Shown one piece after another: positions 57,653-64,000 of a stretch of 64,000 bases of DNA. Each line of letters starts with the position of its first letter. Within the stretch, counting starts at the first letter, position 1. The translations under genes and the position numbers were made by a program. The notes beneath the pieces were generated by a model. It saw only the letters and a list, made by a program, of their open reading frames with translations, searched no databases and had not been told where the DNA came from. Origin of the DNA: Acidimicrobiia bacterium (GTDB taxonomy: Bacteria > Actinomycetota > Acidimicrobiia > Acidimicrobiales > Iamiaceae); the NCBI GenBank assembly GCA_039812605.1, contig JBDIAX010000017.1:847-64846 (forward strand), in the 5' to 3' direction.

Positions 57653-59940
57653 TCAGGCCCGGTCGTGGTCGCGGCTCGCCTCGACGCGGACGCGCACGTG
57701 CTTCATCAGCGGCTGGTCGCTCTGGGTGCTGTAGTCGCCGATGGCGCACAGCACGTTCATCTCCGGCATGTAGCCCGCCGCGCAGCTGCGGGGGATGTCG
57801 TAGGGGACCGCCGTGTAGCCCCGGAGCTGCCGGGTGGTGCCGTCCTTCGCCACGCTCGTGATGTCCACCAGGCTCATCGGGGCGATCCCGCGTGCCGCGA
57901 GGTCGTCGGCGTTCATCAGGATCAAGGTGCGCAGGCCCTCGATGCCGCGGTACCGGTCGTCGTCGGAGTAGATGGTGGTGTTCCACTGGTCGTGCGATCG
58001 CATCGTCCCGAGGACCAAGGTGTCGCCGGTGGGCACCACGTCGGCCAGCGGAGGCGCGGAGAACTCCGCGCGCCCCGAGGGCGTGAGGAAGACGAGGTCG
58101 CGCGCCGGCTGCTCGATCCGGAAGCCCAGCGGCTGGCGCACCCGCGCGTTGAAGTCCTCGAACCCGTCGAGGACCTGGGCCATGGTGTCGCGGATGCGGT
58201 CGTAGTCCTCGACGTAGCGCTCCCACGGGGTCGCGCTGTCGGGCAGCGCGGCCCGGGCGATCCCGGCGACGATCGCCGGCTCCGAGCGCAGGTGGGGCGA
58301 CGCCGGCTCCTTCATGCCGATGGAGAGGTGCACCATGCTCATGGCGTCCTCGACCGACGTGCCCTGGAACCCACCGACCTGCTCGTCGCGCTCGGTGCGC
58401 CCGAGGCACGGGAGGATGACGGCGTCTCGTCCGTGCACCAGGTGGCTGCGGTTCAGCTTGGTGCTCACCTGCACCGTCAAGCTCGTGCGGCGGAGCGCCT
58501 CGAACGTGTAGGGCGTGTCGGGGGCAGCGAGGGCGAAGTTGCCGCCCATCCCCACGAACACCTCCACGTCGCCGCGGTGCATCGCCTCGATGGTGGCGAC
58601 GGTGTCGAGGCCGTCGTGGCGGGGCGGGTCGATGCCGCACACCTCACCCAACCGGTCGAGGAACGCCGCGGAGGGGCGGTTGTCGATGCCGCAGGTGCGG
58701 TTGCCCTGGACGTTGCTGTGGCCGCGCACCGGCGACGGTCCGGCCCCCACCCGACCGAGGTTCCCGCGCAAGAGCAGCAGGTCCACGATCTCGCGGATCG
58801 TGTCGACCCCGTGGTCGTGCTGGGTGACGCCCAGGCACCACGAGATGATCGTCCGATCCGCCTCGCAGTAGATCCGAGCGCCTCGCGGATCTCCCCTGCG
58901 GAGAGGCCCGACTGCCGCTCGAGCTCGTCCCACGAGGTGGCCTCGCACCGGGCCCGGTACTCCTCGAAGCCGGTGGTGTGGGCCTCGATGAAGGCACCGT
59001 CGAGCACCGACGGCTCCGACGCCGCCCGCTCCAGCACCGCCTTGGCCATCCCGCGGATCAGCGCCATGTCGCCCCCGGCACGGACCTGCAGGTTCAGGTC
59101 GCTGATCGGGGTCGCCCGGAAGGTCGCCATCCGAACGACCTCGTGCGGGATGATCGTGCGCGTCGCGCCCGCCTCCACCAGCGGATTGACGTGCACGATC
59201 TTGGCCCCACGGCGATGGGCCTTCGCGAGGGTGGTGAGCATGCGGGGCGCGTTCGAGGCGGCGTTCACGCCCATGATGAGCAGCGCGTCGGCGGCCTCCC
59301 AGTCGGTGAGGTCGCCGGTGCCCTTGCCGGTGCCGAGCGAAGCCTGGAGGGCGCGGCCGCTCGCCTCGTGGCACATGTTCGAGCAGTCCGGCAGGTTGTT
59401 CGTGCCGAGCTCTCGGGCGAGGAGCTGGTACAGGAACGTCGCCTCGTTGCCGAGCCGTCCCGACGTGTAGAAGGCCGCGCGGTCGGGGCTGTCGAGCTCG
59501 CGGAGGGCATGACCGACGACCTCGAACGCGTCCTCCCAGGAGATCGGCACGTACCGATCGGTGGCGGCGTCGTAGCGGAGCGGCTCGGTGAGGCGGCCCT
59601 GGTCTTCGAGCTCGTGATCGCTCCAGGTGGAGAGCTCGGCCACCGTGTGGGCGGCGAAGAACGAGGCGTCGACGCGCTTGGGCGTCATCTCCCAGGTGAC
59701 GTGCTTGATGCCGTTCTCGCAGATGTCGAGGCGCAAGCCCTTGCGATCGTCGGGCCACGCGCACCCCGGGCAGTCGAACCCCCCGTCCTCGTGGTTCATC
59801 CGCCGGATCGCCCGGGCGCCCTCGACGAGCTCCCGGTCGCGGAGGAGCACCTTCGTCACGCTCGCCGCCGCACCCCAGCCGGCCGCCGGATGGTGGTACG
59901 GCTCCGGCGGCGGGCTCGTCTCGTCTCGACCTTCGCCCAT
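57653..59940 (-). pseudogene. YdeP/FdhF-like molybdopterin oxidoreductase, interrupted by a 1-nt frameshift near 58,876-58,890
   Basis: The N-terminal half is in the frame of ORF 58477..59988 (up to ...ELERQSGLSAGEIREA). The C-terminal half is in the frame of ORF 57653..60088 (ARIYCEADRTIISWCLGVTQHDHG...PVRGHSNVQGNRTCG...). The span is 2288 nt, which is 3n+2. Confidence 0.6.
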
Positions 59941-60006
59941 CTCGGTCCCCCTCGTCTCGCGGCCCAGCACCGAGGAAGAGGCTGGCACACCGCCTACCGT
60001 GACGAC

Positions 60007-60428
60007 ATGAAGCCGACAGACGCCCTCGCCCGAGCCCTGCTCTCGGGCCTGTTCCTCTCCGCCGGGGCCAAGACCGTGCGCTCACCATCTGGGCTCGCGC
60101 CGAAGGCCGAGGCGGTCACGGCGCCGATCGAGCGGCTCGCTCGCCAGGTCCCCCCGCCAAGCTCGCCGAGCCCGTGACGGCAGACAACTTCGTGCGGCTG
60201 AACGGCGCCGCCCAGGTGGCCGCCGGCGTGGCGCTGGCGACCGGTGCCGCGCCGAGGCTCGGGGCCGGGGTGCTGGCCGCGTCGCTGGTGCCCACCACCT
60301 TCGCCGGCCACGCGTTCTGGAAGGAGACCGATCCGAAGGCCCGCGCCGCGCAGCGCCTGCAGGTCCTGAAGAACGCCGCGATCGCCGGCGGCCTCCTCAC
60401 CGTCGCCCTGGGCGAGGATCGCTCCTAG
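60007..60428 (+). pseudogene. DoxX-family membrane protein, interrupted by a 1-nt frameshift in a C6 run (60150-60155)
   Basis: MKPTDALARALLSGLFLSAGAKTV...ERLARQVPP in one frame (stop at 60177). ...AKLAEPVTADNFVRLNGAAQVAAGVALATG...FAGHAFWKE...LKNAAIAGGLL in the next frame. The span is 422 nt, which is 3n+2. Confidence 0.6.
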
Positions 60429-60452
60429 GCCGCGAGCGGCGGCGGGAGCCGG

Positions 60453-61103
60453 TCACGGCTGCGCGTCGTGGACGAGGATCGCGATCTGCACCCGGTTCGT
60501 GGCGTCGAGCTTGGTGAGCAAGCGCGAGACGTGGGCCTTGACGGTGGCCTCGCTCATGAACAGCGATGCGGCGATCTCGGCGTTGGAGGCGCCGGACCCC
60601 ACCTCCATCGCGACCTCCCGCTCCCGGTCCGTGAGCGATGCCAGCCGTTCGGATGCGACGCGACGGCGATCGGTTCGCTCGTCCCCCGCGAGGTGGCCGA
60701 GCAGCGTCCGGGTGACCGATGGCGAGAGCATCGCTCCTCCCGCCGCCACGAGGCGCACGGCCCGGACGATCTCCGTGGGGGGCGTGTCCTTGAGCAGGAA
60801 CCCATCGGCGCCGGCTCGGAGCGCGCTCATGACGTGCTCGTCTGCCTGGAACGTGGTGAGGACGATCACGTGCGGCGGCGACGGGAGGCACCGGAGGGCG
60901 GCGGTCGCGGCGATGCCGTCCACCTCAGGCATCCGGATGTCCATCAGCACGACGTCGGGCCGGTGCGCCTGCACGGCAGCGACGGCTTCGGCCCCGTCGG
61001 CGGCCTCCCCCACCACCTCCACCTCGTCGGACGACGACAGGATCATGCGGAGACCAGCACGCACCAGCGCGTCGTCGTCGATCAGCAGCACCCGGGTCCT
61101 CAC
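60453..61103 (-). CDS. NarL/LuxR-family response regulator
   Basis: VLLIDDDALVRAGL...DVVLMDIRMPEVDG receiver domain and LTDREREVAMEVGSGASNAEIAASLFMSEATVKAHVSRLLTKL HTH. GTGA overlap with the kinase gene. Confidence 0.9.
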   Translation of the reverse strand: MRTRVLLIDDDALVRAGLRMILSSSDEVEVVGEAADGAEAVAAVQAHRPDVVLMDIRMPEVDGIAATAALRCLPSPPHVIVLTTFQADEHVMSALRAGADGFLLKDTPPTEIVRAVRLVAAGGAMLSPSVTRTLLGHLAGDERTDRRRVASERLASLTDREREVAMEVGSGASNAEIAASLFMSEATVKAHVSRLLTKLDATNRVQIAILVHDAQP

Positions 61104-62326
61104 CACGGCAGATCGGCCTCGACGATGAAGCCACCGGAAGCATCGGGCCCGTGCACCAGGACGCCGTTCGCCAAGGTCACGCGCTCTTGCAGGCCGAGGA
61201 GGCCCGTGCCGGATCCGGGGGGAGCAGATCGGTCGTGGGCGCCCACGACCGGCGGGTTCTGGACGCGCACGTGCAACCCCTGTTCCGGGGCCCCCGCCAC
61301 CTGGACCTGGGCGAGCGTGCCGCGAGCGTGCTTGGTGACGTTGGTCAGCGCTTCCTGCACGATGCGGTACGCGTCGCGCCCCAGCGGGCCCGGCACGGTG
61401 GCGCTCGGGTCCACCCGCATCTCGAAGTCGATCTTCGCCCCGGTGCGTCGGGTCTCCTCCACCAGGCGCGGGATGTCGGCGAGCGTCGGCTGCGGCACAG
61501 TCGACGGCTCCTGGCCCGCCTCCTCCCGCAGCACCCCGATCACGTCGCGCAGCTCCTCCAGCGCCTGGTGGGCCGTGGACCGAAGCAGCGCGGCGCTCTC
61601 GCGGACCTGGGTGGGGGGCAGGTCGACGGCGACCTCGAGCGCGCCGGCGTGCAGCGCCACCAGCGAGATCCGGTGGGCGAGCACGTCGTGCATCTCCCGG
61701 GCGATGCGCGCCCGCTCGGCGAGGCGCGCTCGCTCGGCGCGGACGAGCTGATCTGCCTCGGCCCGCCGGGCGCGGTCCCGCAGGGTCTCGAGGAGCTGGC
61801 GCCGCGCACGGATGAACATGCCCCAGGCGATCGCCGCCGCGGCGAGCGCCAGTGTCGGCAGCAGCACCGTCCAGGTGTTGGGTCGCCCCAGCCAGAGCGA
61901 GCACACCACGGCGGACGGGACGAACAGGCCAGCCACGAGCAGCGCGGGCCGCACGGGGCGGTGCACCGCCAGCGAGGTCAGCGCGAACAGGCCGGCCACG
62001 GTGCCGAAGGTCGAGAGGGCGCCCAGCACGACGCAGAGCAGCGCCACCCCGAACGGCCAGCGGCGCCGCCACCACAGCGACGTGCAGCACAGCAGCCCGA
62101 GCAAGGCATCGGTGGCCACCTGCCCCGAGGACATCCGGTTGGCAGCGTCACCGGCAGAGATGCTCAGGAGGAGCACACCGAGCGCGAGGGCGATGGCGAA
62201 GGCAGCGCTGTCGACCGACCAGTCGCGCGCGGTCCTCGGCGCCACCCCCTCGGGGCGAGCCGAATCGCTCGGCGCCAGCATCGCGGTGGGAGCGGTCTGG
62301 GCCCACAAGCGGCGAAGCCAGGACAT
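61100..62326 (-). CDS. sensor histidine kinase (HisKA_3 type), multi-TM sensor
   Basis: IAREMHDVLAHRISLV H-box, and the ATPase region TNVTKHARG...GSGTGLLGLQERV. Confidence 0.85.
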   Translation of the reverse strand: MSWLRRLWAQTAPTAMLAPSDSARPEGVAPRTARDWSVDSAAFAIALALGVLLLSISAGDAANRMSSGQVATDALLGLLCCTSLWWRRRWPFGVALLCVVLGALSTFGTVAGLFALTSLAVHRPVRPALLVAGLFVPSAVVCSLWLGRPNTWTVLLPTLALAAAAIAWGMFIRARRQLLETLRDRARRAEADQLVRAERARLAERARIAREMHDVLAHRISLVALHAGALEVAVDLPPTQVRESAALLRSTAHQALEELRDVIGVLREEAGQEPSTVPQPTLADIPRLVEETRRTGAKIDFEMRVDPSATVPGPLGRDAYRIVQEALTNVTKHARGTLAQVQVAGAPEQGLHVRVQNPPVVGAHDRSAPPGSGTGLLGLQERVTLANGVLVHGPDASGGFIVEADLPW

Positions 62327-62487
62327 GGGGAGAGGGTACGGCTCCAGGCGTCGGAGCAACATCGACGAAGGTCGGCTTCGCCCCCGACGAACGGCGATGC
62401 ACCCGACCGTGGCGGTCGCCCTTCGGACCACGGATCGTGGCCACCTGCCCGATGCGGCGAGCGCCGCGGCCGGCTCACGCTGGACCC

Positions 62488-63405
62488 ATGATCACGACGA
62501 CCGCTCTCACGAAGAGCTACGACCGCACCCCGGTCGTGCGCGACGTCTCGTTGCGCTGCGAACCGGGCACCATCACCGGGTTCCTCGGGGCCAACGGCGC
62601 CGGCAAGTCCACGACGCTCAAGATGATCGCCGGGCTGGTGCGGCCCGATCACGGGACGGCCACCGTCGACGGCCGACCGTTCGTGGAGCTGCCCAACCCC
62701 ACGCGCGTCGTCGGCATGCTGCTCGACGCGTCGGCCATGCACCCGGGGCGCAGCGGCCGCTCCACGCTCGAGATCGCGGCTCGGCTGGCCGGCGTCCCGA
62801 TCGGTCGGGTCGACCACCTGCTCGAGCTCGTCGGGCTCACCGACGCGGCCGGCAAGCGGGTGGGGACCTACTCCCTCGGCATGCGCCAGCGCCTCGGCGT
62901 CGCCCAGGCGCTCGTCGGCGACCCTCGTGCGCTGATCCTCGACGAGCCGGCGAACGGCCTCGACCCCGAGGGGATCGCGTGGATGCGGACGCTCTTGCGC
63001 GACTTCGCCGACCACGGCGGCACGGTGCTGCTGTCGAGCCACCTGCTCGCCGAGGTGCAGGCCACCGCCGACCACCTCGTCGTCATCTCGGGCGGCGCGG
63101 TGGTGGCGGCCGGCCGCCTGGACGACCTGCTCGCCAGCTCCACCATCCTCGTGCGCAGCCCCGACCGCAGCGCCCTGGCGGCCGCGCTCGAGTCCGCGCG
63201 GATCGACTTCGCCGCCGGTCCCGACGGTGCGCTCGCCGTCGACGTCGCCGGCGGTCGGGTCACCGCCGAGGTCTTGGCGGGGGTCGCCCGAGACCACCAG
63301 GTGCTGCTCACCGAGCTGCGCCCGTCGGAGGCAGACGGGCTCGAGCAGCTGTTCTTCTCCCTCACCGCCTCCGAGGTCGCTCCTCCCCAGGAGGTGCCCG
63401 CATGA
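62488..63405 (+). CDS. ABC transporter ATP-binding protein (ABC-2 exporter type)
   Basis: [26 protein letters not shown] and LILDEPANGLDP. Confidence 0.9.
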   Translation: MITTTALTKSYDRTPVVRDVSLRCEPGTITGFLGANGAGKSTTLKMIAGLVRPDHGTATVDGRPFVELPNPTRVVGMLLDASAMHPGRSGRSTLEIAARLAGVPIGRVDHLLELVGLTDAAGKRVGTYSLGMRQRLGVAQALVGDPRALILDEPANGLDPEGIAWMRTLLRDFADHGGTVLLSSHLLAEVQATADHLVVISGGAVVAAGRLDDLLASSTILVRSPDRSALAAALESARIDFAAGPDGALAVDVAGGRVTAEVLAGVARDHQVLLTELRPSEADGLEQLFFSLTASEVAPPQEVPA

Positions 63406-64000
63406 CCGCGTCGCTCCTCCCCCGAACCCCCGGCATCGTCCCGACGTCGCCCACCCTCGCACCGATCCCGTTCTCCCGGCTCGTCCGGGTCGAGTGGGCC
63501 AAGGCAACCGACACCCGTGCTGCCCGCTGGCTGCTCGCCCTCACCGCCCTGTCGACCATCGGGATGGCGCTGGTGCCGGTCGTCGCCCCGACGACCTTCG
63601 ACCAGACCCAGGCGAGCTACCTCCGCGTCGCCGCCCTCGGCCTGACGATCCTCCTGCCGGTGGTGGCGGTCCTGGCGCTCACCGGCGAATGGAGCCAGCG
63701 GAGCATCCTCGCCACGCTCACCCAGGAGCCGCGCCGCCTCCGGGTGCTGAACGCCAAGCTGGCGGTGTCGGCCCTGCTCGGCGTCGGCGGCGCCATCGTC
63801 GGCGGGGCGGTGACCGCGGCCTCCATCGGGCTGGCCGCGACGTCCGGTCGTGCGCTCGAGGCGGACCTGAGCGGGGGCGTCGTCGCCGGCTACCTCGTCT
63901 TCGTGCTCCTCAACGTCTTCGCCGGTGTCGCCCTCGGGGCGCTGCTGCAGAGCTCGGCTCCGGCCATCGCCGCGACCTTCGCCCTTCCCGCCACCGTCGC
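63402..64000 (+). CDS. ABC-2-type transporter permease, partial (runs off the window end)
   Basis: ATGA overlap with the ATPase gene. Multiple hydrophobic helices. Open at the window edge, so absent from the ORF track. Confidence 0.7.
   Translation, partial: MTASLLPRTPGIVPTSPTLAPIPFSRLVRVEWAKATDTRAARWLLALTALSTIGMALVPVVAPTTFDQTQASYLRVAALGLTILLPVVAVLALTGEWSQRSILATLTQEPRRLRVLNAKLAVSALLGVGGAIVGGAVTAASIGLAATSGRALEADLSGGVVAGYLVFVLLNVFAGVALGALLQSSAPAIAATFALPATV

Noticed and set aside
58870-58895. Programmed ribosomal frameshift or other recoding in the YdeP-like gene
   Set aside because: There is no slippery heptamer or downstream structure at the junction. A simple 1-nt indel (mutation or sequencing error) is more parsimonious.

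Overview
This is a very GC-rich, gene-dense chromosomal segment; third codon positions are almost all G/C. It looks like Actinomycetota core genome, based on a Kgd-type fused E1/E2 2-oxoglutarate dehydrogenase, furA-katG, a PAC2 protein and an LLM/F420-type oxidoreductase. Any finer taxonomic guess, such as Acidimicrobiia, is inference only.

I call about 55 protein genes. Two of them appear frameshifted. I found no rRNA, tRNA, CRISPR array, transposase or integrase.

Gene content, left to right:
- Ferritin-like gene (partial), then an ECF sigma factor with a membrane partner, an amidohydrolase, and two paralogous small membrane proteins.
- kgd, ettA, and a tri-domain cupin/unknown/methyltransferase gene coupled to a racemase homolog.
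- A VOC protein, a HAD hydrolase, hemW and an XRE regulator.
- rsmE-dnaJ-hrcA with a CIRCE operator, then a photolyase.
- An ApbE / PepSY-TM / DUF2271-like module.
- lepA, rpsT, a methyltransferase-like gene, holA, comEC and comEA.
- A DUF4157-like mini-protein, a thioredoxin-TPR protein, an APH-like kinase, a PAC2 protein and a UvrD/HRDC helicase.
- A roughly 1,786-codon LPXTG/vWA surface protein containing 8 tandem repeats.
- leuS, followed by a minus-strand gene run: SDR, CMD, TetR, BadF-type kinase and PfkB kinase overlap tightly, and LLM and SnoaL follow after a 116-nt gap.
- A Fur-family gene with cbiM(PDGLE)-cbiQ-cbiO, DUF983, and furA-katG.
- Frameshifted YdeP-like and DoxX genes.
- A NarL-type two-component system with an ABC-2 exporter.

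Many adjacent genes share 4-nt ATGA/GTGA start/stop overlaps.

I did not find a clear-cut novel system. The best candidates for follow-up are:
1. The flavinylation module, with a signal-less ApbE and a Tat-lipoprotein substrate.
2. The thiol-dioxygenase-cupin/unknown/methyltransferase fusion coupled to a racemase.
3. The giant repeat adhesin.
4. The TetR-embedded operon with a 34-bp perfect palindrome over its promoter.
5. The two neighbouring single-nucleotide frameshifts.

All family assignments rest on motif recognition by eye. No searches were run.
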